Assembly: GCA_010093705.1 (NCBI GenBank)
Contig: MU006111.1
Coordinates: 263,244 to 324,591, forward strand
From: Patellaria atrata CBS 101060
Lineage: Eukaryota
Length of the DNA: 61,348 bases
Direction of reading: 5' to 3'
The notes below the pieces were generated by a model that did not search any database, had not been told where the DNA came from, and saw only the letters and a program-made list of their open reading frames with translations. The number at the start of each line of letters is the position of its first letter. The first letter of the stretch is position 1. The position numbers and the translations under genes were made by a program. Below, one piece after another: positions 12,501 through 27,000 of this stretch.

Positions 12501-15500
12501 TTTAAGAAATACTATTATTTAGTTTATATATTCTTAAAATTTATATTTAATAAACTATTATTACTTAAAAAAGATATAAATTATAATATAATATTAAATT
12601 AAAATAATAATCTTACTATTAACTTTTTATATAATATATCTATCGAATATTTATAGTTAATAAAAAACTATTTAAAGAAATATTTTTAGAAGAGATTTAT
12701 TATTTTAAATAAAGTATTATATACGTCTTTAGTATTATTTATTAAAAAGTTAAAGGAAGATTAAAAATTTTATATTAATTATAAAAAGCTAAATAGTATT
12801 ATTAAGAAAGATAAGTATTTATTATCTCTAATTAAAGAAATATTAATATATCTTTAATAAGTAAAGATATTTATAAAACTTAATATAAAATAAATATTCT
12901 ATTAAATTTAAATAAAGAAGTTAATTAAAAATCTTACTATCTTTTAAATAAAATATAAATTATTTAAATATAAAATACTATTTTTTAAATTATATAATAG
13001 CTTAACTTTATTCTAATAATTTATTAATAAGGTATTCTTCTAATATTTAAATAATTTCTATATAATATATATTAATAATATATTAATTTATTTTAAATAT
13101 TTACTAGAGTATTAAATCTATATTACGAAAATATTAAAAGTATTAATTAAAATTAATCTATAAACTAATATTAAGAAAAGTAAATTTTATATAATAAAGA
13201 TAAAATTTCTTAACTTTATTATTAGTATTAACGAAATAGTAATAAATTTAGAAAAGATTAAAATAATCTAAAATTAGAAATTATTAATAAATATAAAAGG
13301 AATTTTATTATTTAATAAATTCTATAACTTTTATTAAAAATTCTTAAAGAAATTTAGACGAGTTATATAACTATTAATAATATAAATATAAAAAGGGATT
13401 TAGAAACTATTTAAATAGAAAGAAGAAAAGGTATTTAAGAAAATAAAAGAGTTAATTCTATTAAATTAAATATTAATATATTATAACTCTTTATTTAAGA
13501 TAAAAATTAAGTCTAACTATAATAATTATAATAGTATAACGATTATAAAGAATCGAATTAGATTATAACTAGTATAACTTAACTATAATATAAAGAGATT
13601 AAGTTAAAGAAAAAAGAAGTTATAATCGCGCGATCTATTAGTATTAAGTATATAATAGTAAAACCTTAACGCGACTACTACTAATAAAGGAAAGTAGGAA
13701 ATAATAATCTATAATATTATTATATTATCTCCTCTTCTAAAAGTAGAAATCGCTAATTAGTTACGGATTTCTACGATAATATTCGCCTTATCTATACTTA
13801 TTTTTAATATTTTTAAATTTAAGCTAAATCTTTCTTCTTAACTTTATTATCGTCTAAATATAGTTCTAGTTTATAGTTATCGATCTAATAGACTTTAAGC
13901 TATATATTTAATTAGATTAGAGGTCTAACGTCTAATAATCTCTTATTATAAAACTTCTTTATCTTATATAGGGCTCCGATAAAATTTAAGACTAGATACT
14001 ACGTATTATTAGAGTTATAATCTATTTAGTTTATTTTATATTATAGTTAACTTTATACGATACGGCTAGTTAATATCTTATTAACTTCGTACTTTAGTTC
14101 CCCGTTAATCTTAACTAGTAGAGGTGGTTCTAGTTACTAGTCTAAAAGTGAATTTATAATAGCCTTTCTTAGTTTATCCGCGTGAAACACGTTCGATATC
14201 TTTATATTAGGTGGTAGATCTATTATATAGGAGTATCTCTTTATACTAGTAATTTTATACGGTCTAGCGTTTTAGTAGTCTAGTTTAACGCTTAGTCTAT
14301 CTAAAGTTTAGCTCTTCCGAGTGATAAAGATATAATCGCCCGGCCTAAAGTCTAGCTCTCGATAGTACTTATTAGCTACTTTAGCTTATATTACTTATAT
14401 CTAAGCTAAGTTCTCTCTAGCCTACTTAATAGTATTATAAGTTTATTTTATAAACTATTATATCTCTTCTTAATTTATATAATCCTTAATAGTCTTATAG
14501 CTATCTAGGTTAGTACGTTTATACTAATTAAAGTGTATTTATAGTTTATATCCGAGTTCTAATTTATATAGTGAGATACCCGTTAATTTATAGATTAGCG
14601 TTATTTAAGTGAAGTCTATAGTTAGTATTAATTCCGACTAGTTATCTTAGTAGTAGTTTATAAAAAGGTATAATCTTAAGTTAATATATTAGTTTATAAT
14701 CTCTATACTATTATTTATCTAGAAGTGATATACCGTAGATAGCTTCTACTTAACTCTTATTAGTTTATATAGCTTATCTATAAATATCGAGATAAATTAG
14801 GGTCCTCGGTTAGATATTACTGTTTTAAATATATTATATATTCTCTATACGTATTCGTAATATAGCTTAGCTATTAATTTAACGGATATATCTTATTTAT
14901 AAAGTATAGAGATAGTTTATTTTTTAAGTCTATTAACGATAATAAAGATTATCTTAAATCTATATTTATCTTTTAAAAATAACTTAAAGTCGAACGCTAT
15001 ATACTACTAGTATTTATCTCTAATCGGTAAAAGTTTTAGTAAGCCTAGAGCTTTATCTCTCGATATATATATTCAGCGGTATATATAATAATTTCGTACG
15101 TATCTCTTTATATTAACTATTAGGCCTAGTTAATAGTATTAATCTTTAATTAGATCTTTTATTTTCTATACTTTTAAATATTTAGTTACTAGGGTATTAT
15201 AAATATCTCGGAGTAGGTATATATAAAGGTTACTAATATCTAGTACTATTAACCGGTTAAACTATAATAGTAGATCTTCGCGGATATTCTAGTACTTTTC
15301 TCTTATCTTAGCTTACTTTTAAAAGGGGGCTAGCGATTTATACGTTCTATTCTTTTAGATAATCTTATCGATAAGTTTAATTAATAATAACCGCTTTATT
15401 AGTATTTCTTAAGACCTTAAAACTAGCTATTTATATAATTCGGAATCGCTCTTCTCTATATTAGGTTTTAGCTAATTTATAATAGTTCTAAGTCCTCTTC

Positions 15501-18500
15501 TTTCCTCTCTTCCGATTCTATAATTTCCCGGGTCGGACTAGGGCGAATTAGATATAATACCTACTCGGTTTTAGTTTAATATAATTAGTTTAACTATACC
15601 TTTCTCCTTCCTAGATATATATCTTATCGGTTTTATTATCGTGATAAAAGGTGTTAAGAGCTTAACTAAAGCACCTTTAGGTGTAGTAAAAGTATAAATA
15701 TAAGCTTAATTAAATTTTATAAAAAGAAAGTTTATAGTTACTATTATCTATAAATAAAATAGTATCTAGGTTTATACGATAATATCTTTCTCTTTAATTA
15801 TCTTAAGATTCTTCTATTTTTAAGATAAAGTATTAGCGACTATATTCTCTATTTTAAGCTAATACTTAATCTAGAAGTGAAAGTTAGCTAAAGTCTCGCT
15901 TTAATAAGTTTACCGTACGTTAAGTAACTATTTTATTATAAAGTATTCTAGAGCTTAATAGTTAATAATAATAGTGAAGAGTATTTACTATAATCCTATT
16001 AATATACTCTTTTATTTAGCTAGTACTTTTACGATAGCGAGTATCTTTTTATTATAGATCTTATATCTTAATTTAGACTCCGAAAGCGTTTTAGTCTAAA
16101 AGATAATAAGTCTTCATTTATCGTTATACTTCTATAAGATAGTTATAGCTATTACCCTATTATTATAATTTAATTCGACCTTAATTTCTAGTAAAGAGCT
16201 ATAATACGCTATTACTTAGTCTAATAATATTAGTTATTTTACTCTTTTAAAGACCTTACGTTCTTTTAGCTTAAGCGGTTACTAAAGTACTTCTTTTTTA
16301 ATACGGCTTATTAATAGCTATATTACTTATTTAAACTTATTAAGGAACTTTTAGTAGAAGTTATAAAATTTAATAAAAAATTATATATCTTTAATATTTA
16401 TTAGTAATTATTAATTCCGGATTACTTCTATTTTCTCTAAGTTTATAGCTAAATCGTTTATATTAATAATAAATTTAAGAAATCTTATCTTAATTACGTG
16501 AAACTCGCTTTTCTTAATATTAATCTATAGGCTAGCTTTAGCTAACACTTTTAACACCTTAATAACGTACGCTCTATACTTTATCGGGTATATAAAATAG
16601 ACTAGAATATCGTCTATATAGATTATATAAAAGTTATCTAAATATTTAAAAAGAGCCTTATTAATAAACTATTAAAAAGAGATAAGGCTATTATATAGAC
16701 TAAATAATAATACCTTATATTTAAAGAAGTTATACCGAGTTTAGAACGTAGTAAGATTTTTAGCTAACTCTATTATCTATATCTAATAGAATACTTATTA
16801 TACGTTAAATTTCGTGAATATTTTTACGCGTTATAGCCGGATTAATATCTCTTTTATAAATAGTAATAGGTACTTATCTTTCTTAATAATATTATTAAGC
16901 TTTTAATAGTTTATATAAAATCTTTAACCACTACCTAACTTCTTAATAAATAATACTAGAGATATATATAGTGCCTCGTTTAACTTAATAAATCCTTTTT
17001 AAAGATACTTTTTTAGGTAGTTCTTTATTAACTAAAGATATTTAATCGATATATTATATAACGGGTTTATTACTAGATTATTATCTTACTTTAATATAAT
17101 ATTATAATTAACTCTCTCTTAATAGAAAGATAGCTAGTCTAATATATACTTTAAGAATACGTAAAAGAGATAATAATACTCTATAAGTAGCTTTTCTAAT
17201 ATTATCGCCTTAAGTCTTTTCTCGTTATTTAGTAATAGATCTTTATCTTCCCTAAATCTATTTTAGATTAGAGAATTAATCTTATATAAACTTATAACTC
17301 TAATAATTATATCTAGTCTCTAAGTATTCTATAAGTAATCTTTAGTATTAACTATATAAATATTTAACTTTATTCTAGATATATCGATATATTAACTTAC
17401 TTTTAATTTCTTTAAAAGCTTTAAAGTCTTTTTTTCTATTATATTTAATAGCTTTATCTCTATTCTTTATATACTCGAATTTAGTTCTCGTCTTTATAAT
17501 CTCGATTATTTTTATTTAAATAGTATAGGCTTTTTCTTCTATCTAGTCTTAATCTTTAAACGTTATATCTTTTATTTATTAGATACTTTATCTCTTTATT
17601 CTATATTAATTTAATAGACTAGATTTATTATAATCTATAATTCTTTTTTTAATATTATAATATCTTATTACTAGTCCTTAATCGCTATAGCCTATAGTGG
17701 CTAGAAAATCGCGTTATATTTATAGTCTAGTAGGTCGTCTATTTTTAAAAATTACTCTCTTCTAATTAGTATATTAGTATAACCTATATTAATTATTAAA
17801 ATAGGAGTTTTCTATCACCTATTAATAAGTATAAGATTAACTTTAACTATCTCGTCGATTAATTCTACTATTAAGTTATTAAAACTCTTTATATTAATAT
17901 ATAGTATTTTCTTTAGCTTAATATCTAGTTATTATTTTAATATAGATAACTATTTTCTATTTAAAAGAATATACTTTTAAGCTTCTATATCGATTAAGGT
18001 CTTAAATTATATTATAATTTCGTTTCTTAATACTTAGTATAGTATAGTGAAAGGTTTCTCTATAATTAGATCGTTTATTAATATTCTTAATACTCCTACT
18101 AATAACTTTAAAGCGGAGTCTTTATTTAAGATTTCTTATTTTCTAGTTCTAATTTCTAACTTAATTCGTTTTACTCTACTTAAGTCGATTTAACCTCGGC
18201 TATCTTTCTTTATACTCGATAATTAGCTAATCGGTGCCCCGACTTACTATAGTTAAAGTAATTTCCCGTAAACTTTCGAACTATTATAATACTCTAGTCT
18301 ATTAATTATTATAGAGAAGTAATTATACTTAAAACTTTATTTAATTATTAAATTATAGTTCTATTTATTACTATAATATTTAAAGCTATTTTAATAATTT
18401 TATACTTCTATTACTTTTTTTATCACTTTTTTAACTTCTAACTTTACTTCTCTAGGCCTTATACTTAAAACGTTACTTATTAATAGAACTCTTTAAAACT

Positions 18501-21500
18501 AATATTATCGTTTACTATATTTAACGTTATAATCTATTATAGAGAATTATATAGCTTTTTATAAATCTCTTCTTTCTATTAGTCTTTAGATAATTTAGCC
18601 TTTATAACTAAATAGATAAAATCTAATTAAAATTTTATAAAGTTTATTAAATAATTTTAATTTAGCTTTTTTAGCTTATCTTTAACCTTAAGACGCCTAT
18701 TAAAGTCTTTATAAATTTAATAAATAAATCTAAGTAAATCTTTAAGTATAATAGTTTCGTTATTTTTTATTTTTAACTTTAAATATAGATATATCTAGTT
18801 AGCTAATTATTTATCTATTCTTATCTTAATATATACTACTTAATCTTTATCCTTTAAGTACTAGTTAATATTATACTTAAGTTTATCTATTAATTAACTT
18901 TTCTATATTTAGTAAATTAAATCTTTACTATTAATTAATATAGATAAGTCGGGAAATTTACTTAATTTATTATTTTTAATCTCTAAAGTTCTCGCGCTTT
19001 CTATTATATCTTTCGTTATAGCACGATTAGTTTAATTTTAATTAACCTATACTTATATTAGTTAATTATATAGGGCCTAATTTTTATTTTAAAGGTTCTT
19101 TATAATTTCCTTATTAACTTTATATATAACTATCTTCTATATTATCTCTTTATAATATTATTTAATTATCTTAGCTAATATCTTCACTTATTTCTTATAG
19201 ACTACTAATTATAATAGACTTTATAAATATTTTTCTACGAAATTATCTAAATTATCTTATAGTACTCGTTTAATATCTTTAATATTATTAATATATTCTT
19301 AATTTAAAATAGTTTTATATTCTAGCTTTTACCGTTTATATCTATTCTCGTATTATTATAGTATATCTTAAAGGTTCTCCTTAAATATTTCCTTTATAAT
19401 TAGTACATTAACTAGCGTGACTTTTAAGAAGCGTCGGTTATATCTAATACTTTTCCCTTTTAATTTAGTATTATACTTTATAATAAGGTGATTTATAGGT
19501 CTAATATCTCTTATAATATTTTCTTATATTATTATTTTTAATAGTTTAACTATCTTATAGTGGTTTACTCGTTATTAGTCTTAATACTTTCGAGTATTAG
19601 ATAAACTCGTAATCTTTAGTCTTAATACTTTTAAGTATCGAGTTTCTCTCGTTATTATTAGTCTTAATACTTTTAGGTGTTAGATAAACTTATAATCTTT
19701 AGTTTTAATACTCTTAAGTATTAGGTTTCTCTCGTTATTATCGATCCTAATACTCTTAAATACTAGATAAACTTATAGTCTTTAATCTTAATACTCTTAA
19801 GTACCGGGTTAGAATATTATATTACCTTTTTAAGGTTATAGTGGTAGAACTTAATCTAATATAATAATATAACGGTTATAAAGAATTAAATTAAATTATA
19901 ATTAATATAACTTAACTATAATATAAAGAGATTAAATTAAAGAAAAAAGAAGTTATAGTTACGTGATTTATTAATATTAAATATATAATAATAGAACTTT
20001 AACGCGATTATTATTAATAAAGAAAAGTAGGAAATAATAATCTATAATATTATTATAATAATAGAGTTACTATAATAATTATATTATAGCTTTATAAATA
20101 TATTTAAAGACTAATTACCTTCTAAATTAAGATATTATTAAAAATAAAATTAAGATATAAAATCTATAATAAGAAAATACTAGTTATAATAAAAGTATTA
20201 GCTAAATAGAGAAATATATTAGTAAAATTATAATAAGTTCTTTTTATTATAATTATTAACTATAAAATACTAGAATATTTTACTATAAAATAATTATTTA
20301 ATATTAGATAAATTTAATAGAGTAAAACTCTCTCTAATTATCACTTTTAAATCACGTATTAGCTTAAAACCTAAAATATTATAATAAATATACTCTTCTA
20401 TAAATAAAAAGATTTAAAAATAACGAAAAATAAAGATATTATAATATAAATTTAGATATTAATCGACTTAAATATAATAATAATATCTCTTTAATTTTTA
20501 ATAAAATAATAATTACTATTTAAGAAGATATTTTAGAATAGTAAGAAATATATAACTTTTAAAGAGAAGATAGTAAAAAAGTATATTTTAAAGTTAAGGC
20601 CTAAAATCTAGATAATAATAATTAAGAAGATAGCGATAATCGAGTCTTTATAAAAGATAAAAGAAGCTAAAGCTTAAAACTAAGAATCTATAATAATTAA
20701 AATCTTAAAAGGAAGAAATAATATATTAAAGAAGTATATTAATCTCGATTTTAGATTAAAGTTTATATCTATTTACTTTATAATTCCTATTATAACTAAA
20801 AAAGAAAAGGAAGTTAGATATAAAATAAAAGAAAAAGAAGATATATCTATAAATTTAAAATAATATATTTAAAATAAATTTAATTAGAAATAAAAGTTAC
20901 TAGTAATATACTTATTAATAGATTAAATATTAGAAGTAAATTGAAAATATAACTTTCTATTAATATATTAAAAGTAAATTAAAGTTAAAAAGAGATATTA
21001 AAAATTATAAAATAATTTATTTATTAAATTTAATAGATTTATAGTTTTAAACGTAAATAATCTTAAAATATATTTAATATAAGATATATATAACGTATTA
21101 ATTATAGAATATCTAGGAATTAAGAAGATAAAAGAATTAATTTAAATATAATATTATTAGTCTAGATTAGTAACTAATATAGATAAATATATTTAAAACT
21201 ATTATATCTATTATCGAATATATATATTAAGAGATAAAACTCTCGATTTACTAAAATCACTATTAATTAAAGATAGATATTAATAATATATCGTCTTTAA
21301 CTTTAAATTATTCTTTAAGAATATATATAGATTCGAAATAATATTTATAATAGTAAATTAATTAAAAAAGAAAGTAATCTTATTTCTTTATATTAAAGAT
21401 ATCTCGATTAAGATAGCTATAAAGTTATATTATAAATATATATAACGGATATATAATATACTAGAGATAATAATATTAGATTATAATCTATAATTTATTT

Positions 21501-22839
21501 CTATATTTATAAATAAGCTTTATAAATTAATAAAAATAAAATAAAAACTATTTATAATTTACTATTTATAAATAAATAAAGATATAAAGATTATTAATTA
21601 ATATATAAATTTATAGCTTTAATTCTTTATAAATTACTATTAAAGTAATTAATTAAAGTTATTATTTATAATAGACTTTATTTAAACTATATTAGTTTAT
21701 AAATTAATAGATATCTCTTTTTATAAATTAAAATTTAGTTATTAATTATAAATATATTTTAATTAGTAAGAGTGGATAAATCTTAATATATATAAAATAG
21801 TTTAAAAAAAGATAAGTAAAAAGAAAATTTAACTATTTATAAAATATATCTATAATATTATTAAATAGATAAGGAATAATCTAGAAAAGATATAGATAAT
21901 ATAAATAAAATCGACTAATAAATATCGAAGAGAACTAGATTTTAGATTAAAAGATTATATCTTTATCTTATATAAAGGCTAAATATTAAATAGGCCGAGT
22001 ATTAAACTAAACTATTAAAATATAAGTCTATATAAGATAATAAAAATAAAGAAATACTTTTATATAATTAACTTATTTACTAATATAAAGATATCGAATA
22101 TATTTTATATAAATAAACTTTATAAAGTATCGATAGACTTATTACCTAGATAATAACTAGAATTATCACTATTAATTAAAATAGACGGCGAGCCTAAATA
22201 TAAAATAAATAAAATCTTAGTAAGTTATATCTCTCGCGGTAAGTTATAATATAAAGTAAATTAGATTAAATATAATCTTAATAAGATATAATATCTAGCT
22301 AATAATTTTATTAGAGTATTATATAAGCTTAAAAAATTTTATAATTAAAGATTAACTAATATTAAACTATTAATCTAATTTAAAGAATAACTTTAAGCCT
22401 TTAAATCTAAGATAGAAGTAAAGCTATATAATAATAATAATATAATTAAAAAGAAAGGGCTTATATAGATTTTAAAATATCGTAAATAGATAATAAATCG
22501 CGTTATAAAATATTATTAATATTATTATAAAAATTAAGGCCGATTTCTATTATTAAAAAGGAGATAATATAATAATATATTATAATATTAATTCTATATT
22601 TTCTATACTAAATATTTAGTTTATTTATAAGAGATTTTTATTAGATTAAACGTGAAAAAGATCTTTAAGCGTTAATTAGTTAAATAGAAGATAATTAGAT
22701 TAAAACTTAATAAGATAAAATTATTATATATAAATATTCGACTTATAATATTATTATTTCTTAACTTAATCTCTATACTTAATAGTTAATAATAAAGATA
22801 ATTAAAATATAATTACTATAATTATATTATATTATTATA
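9571..22839 (+). mobile_element. Ty3/Gypsy chromovirus B1, full length (~6.7 kb net), RIP-inactivated, containing A1
   Basis: 272-bp LTRs at 9571-9842 and 22568-22839; TSD TTAAT; PPT AAAAAGGAGATAA; RT remnant near 12720-13100; chromodomain remnant near 22180 (de-RIP VDGEPEYEIDKILASRISRGKLQY). Confidence 0.93.
13527..20057 (-). mobile_element. Ty3/Gypsy chromovirus A1, full length (6531 bp), inserted in the RNase H region of B1
   Basis: 198-bp LTRs at 13527-13724 and 19860-20057; TSD ATAAT on both sides; PPT complement TTATCTCCTCTTCT at 13725; colinear reverse complement of A2 and A3. Confidence 0.95.
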
Positions 22840-23283
22840 TTAATTATATAATTCTTTATTATTTATTTTATTTATAATTTCTTTAAATAGTATTTCTTTC
22901 TTCTCTTTACTTATTATCTATATATTCTTATAATTTATAGCTATAATATAAAGTTTATTTATTATAGAAAAACCTTAAAATAAAATAATTTAATAAGAAA
23001 CTAAATTATAAAAAAATTAATTCTTTTAAAATTAAATAAATTAAAGAAAAAGTTAATTATAAATTAGAATTATTATAAAAAATAAAGATATATTTAATTT
23101 TTTATATATTACTTCTAAAACTAATATATACTAATATTAAACTTTAAATATAATCTATAAAATTTAAGAAAGAAAATATTTATAAAATAAAATAAATTCT
23201 AAATTTATAATAAATAGATAATTAATATAAATATTTAATAAAATAAAAAGATTATAAATATATAAATAATATATAGAAATTAT

Positions 23284-23907
23284 TTAAATATTTAATAAAT
23301 TATAATTAAAAACTTAAATAGTTTTATTATTAAAATTAAGAAATTTTAAATCTTTAAAAATAAAGAAATTTAAACTAAATTAATTAGAAAAAGATATAAT
23401 AATAAAGAAAGAAAAAATAATTAAAAAAACTTATTATTTTTTAATTATTTATTTTAAAGTTTTAAATTTTTTAATAAAATTAAACTTATAATAAAATATT
23501 TTAAACTTTTTCTTTTTAAAAGAATAAAATTATTTATAAAGATAATAAATATAAATATAAATAGTTTTTATTTAAATATTTATTTAAATATAGATTTACT
23601 TTTTATAGTTAAAAGTAAACTTTTTATAGTTAAAAGTAAACTTTTTATTATTTTTAATAATAATTAATTTAAAATAAATTTAAATTTTTAAAATATTAAA
23701 TTTATTTTAATTCTTTTATATTATTATAAGATTATATTTTAAACTATAAACGAGATATTTAAAATAGAAATTAAAGAGAATATCGATAATATAAGAATAA
23801 AAAGAATAATAATAAATAAAATAAAAAGTTAATATAAAATAATTATATAAAATAATATAGATAATATAATAATAATAATAGATTAAATAGAGTTTAACTT
23901 TTAATAT
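23284..23907 (-). pseudogene. RIP-degraded antisense ORF of C1 (208 codons; Zn2Cys6-like plus coiled coil)
   Basis: Six TAT codons at CX2CX6CX8CX2CX6C spacing; in-frame homolog of 36999-37547. Confidence 0.65.
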
Positions 23908-24035
23908 TTTAAAAGAAAGGAAAAAGAGTATTATAACTATAAATTATAAAAATATATAAATAATAAGTAAAAAAAAGAAAAGAAAACTATTTAAAAAAAC
24001 TATAAATAAAATAAATAATAATAAGTTATATAACT

Positions 24036-27000
24036 TATAATAATATTATAGATTATTATTTCTTACTTTCTTTTATTAATAATAGTCGCGTTAAGATTCT
24101 ATTATTATATATTTAATATTAATAAATTATATAATTATAACTTCTTCTTTTCTTAACTTAATCTCTTTATACTATAGTTAGGTTATACTAGTTATAATCT
24201 AATTCAATTCTCTATAACCGTTATATTATTATATTAGATTAAGTTCTACTATTATAGCCTTAAAAAGACGATATAATATTCTAACCTAGTACTTAAAAGT
24301 ATTAAGATTAAAGATTATAAGTTTATCCGGTATCTAAAAGTATTAGAATCGATAATAATAAGAGAAACCTAATACTTAAAAGTATTAAGACTAAAGATTA
24401 TAAGTTTATCTAACACTCGAGAGTATTAAGACCGATAATAAGTAAACTATTATAAGATAATTAGACTATTAAAAATAATAATATAGGAAGATATTATAAG
24501 AGATATTAGATTTATAAACCACTTTACTATAAAGTATAATACTAGATTAAAAGGAAAGAGTATTAGATATAACTAGCGCTTCTTAAAAGTCGCGTTAATT
24601 AGCGTACCGATTATAGAGGAAATACTTAAGGAGGACCTTTAAGATATACTATAATAATATAAAAATAAATATAAATAGTAGGAGTTAAAATATAAGATTA
24701 CTCTAAATTAAGAATATATTAATAGTATTAAAAATATTAAATAAGTATTATAAGATAACCTAGATAACTTTATAAAAGAATATTTATAAAGCTTATTATA
24801 ATTAATAGCCCGCGAGAAGTAAATGAAGATATTAGCTAAGATAACTAAATAATACTATAAAGAGATAACGTAGAAGATAGCTATATATAAAGTTAATAAG
24901 GAGATTATAAAGAACCTTTAAAATAAGAATTAGACTTTATATAATTAACTAATATAAGTACGGATTAACTAGAACTAAACTAACCGTACTATAATAGAAG
25001 ATATAATAAGAAGCGCGAGAATCCTAAAAAATAGAAACGATAAATCGAGTAAATTTCCCGACTTATCTATACTAATTAATAGTAAGAATTTAATTTACTA
25101 AATATAAAAAAGTTAGTTAATAGATAAACTCGAGTATAATACCGACTAGTATCTAATAGATAGAGATTAGATAGTATATATTAAGACGAGGATAGATAGA
25201 TAGTTAGTTAACTAGATATATTTATACTTAAAGTTAAAAATAGAAGATAATAAGACTATTATACTTAAAAACCTATTTAGATTTATTCACTAAATTTATA
25301 AAAACTCTAATAAGCGTCTTAAGACTAAAGATAAACTAAGAAAGTTAAATTAAAACTATTTAATAGATTTTATGAAATTCTAGTTAGACTTTATTTATTT
25401 AACTATAGAGATTAAATTATTTAAAGATTAATAGAAAAAAGAGATCTATAAAAAGCTATATAATTCTTTATAATAAATTATAATATTAGATATAATAAAC
25501 GATAATATTAGTTTTAAAGAGTTCTATTAATAAGTAACGCTTTAAGCACGAGGCCTAAAGAAGTAAAGCTAAAAGTTAAAAAAACGATAAAAGAAGTAAT
25601 AGAAACGTAAAATTACTAAAATAACTTTAAATATTACGGTAATAAGTAAAATCACGACTTAATAATTAAATAAAGTTTTAAGTATAGCTACTCCTCTATA
25701 ATAATTAATAGATTAGAGTATTATAATAATTTAAAAGTTCACGGGAAATTACTTTAACTATAGTAAACCGAGGCACCGATCGGCTAATTACCGAGTATAA
25801 AGAAAGATAGCCGAGGTTAAGTCGGCTTAAATAGAGTAAAATAAGTTAAGCTAGGAATTAGAATTAGAAAATAAGAAACCTTAAGTAAAGACTTCACTTT
25901 AGAATTATTAGTAAAAGTATTAAAAGTATTAATAAGCGATCTAATTATAGAGGAACCTTTTACTATACCGTGTCGAGTATTAAGAAATGGAATTATAATA
26001 TAACTTAAGGCTCTAATCGATATAAGAGCCTAAAGATATATCTTTTTAAATAGAAAATAATTACTTATATTAAAATAATAACTAGATATTAAGTTAAAGA
26101 AAATACTATATATTAATATAAAGGGTTTTAATAGCTTAATAGTAGAACTAATCGACGAGATAGTTAAAGCTAATCTTATACTCGTTAATAGACGATAAAA
26201 AACCCTTATCTTAATAACTAATATAAGCCGTACTAATATACTAATTAGAAGAGAGTAATTCTTAAAGATAGATAGTCTATTAGACTATAAATATAATATA
26301 ATCTTCTAGCTATTATAGATTATAGCGATCGAGGACTAGTAATAAGATATTATAATATTAAAGAGAGAATTATAGACTATAATAAATCTAGTTTATTAAG
26401 TCGATATAAAATAGAGAGATAAAGTATTTAATAAACGAGAGGCGTAATATTTAAAAGCTAGGGCTAAATAAAAGGAAAAGTCTATACTATTTAGATAGAA
26501 ATAATCGAGATTATAGAGGTAAGAACTAAATTTAAGTATATAAAAAATAAAAATAGAACTATTAGATATAATAGAAAAAGAGATCTTAAAGCTTTTAGAG
26601 AAATTAAAAGTAGATTAATATATTAATATATTTAAAATAAAGTTAAATATTTATATAATTAGTGCTAAAGATTACTTATAAAATATTTAAAAACTAGATA
26701 TAATTATTAGAGCTATAAGTTTATATAAGATTAATTCTCTAATTTAAGATAGGTTTAAGAAAGACGAAGATTTATTACTAAACGATAAGGAAGGGCTTAA
26801 AGCGATAATACTAGAAAAGCTATTTATAAAGTATTATTATCTTTCTCACGTGTTTTTAAAGTATATATTAGACTAACTACCTCTTTATTAAGAGAGAGTT
26901 AACTATAATATTATACTAGAGTAAGATAATAATCTAGTAACGAGCCCGCTATATAATATACCGATTAAGTATCTTTAGTTAGTAAAGGACTATTTAGAAA

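Larger units (their letters stand above)
9036..22948 (-). mobile_element. Family-C solo LTR (639 bp net: 9036-9570 + 22845-22948) split by element B1
   Basis: Reverse complement of the C2 LTRs, including the 56-bp x3 repeat and the same net length. Its flanks (CTTAA / TAAAG) do not form a TSD. Confidence 0.85.

Noticed and set aside
19570..19810. CRISPR-like repeat/spacer array (also the 56-, 67- and 87-bp arrays)
   Set aside because: The units are contiguous tandem copies without unique spacers and lie inside retrotransposons in a eukaryotic context.
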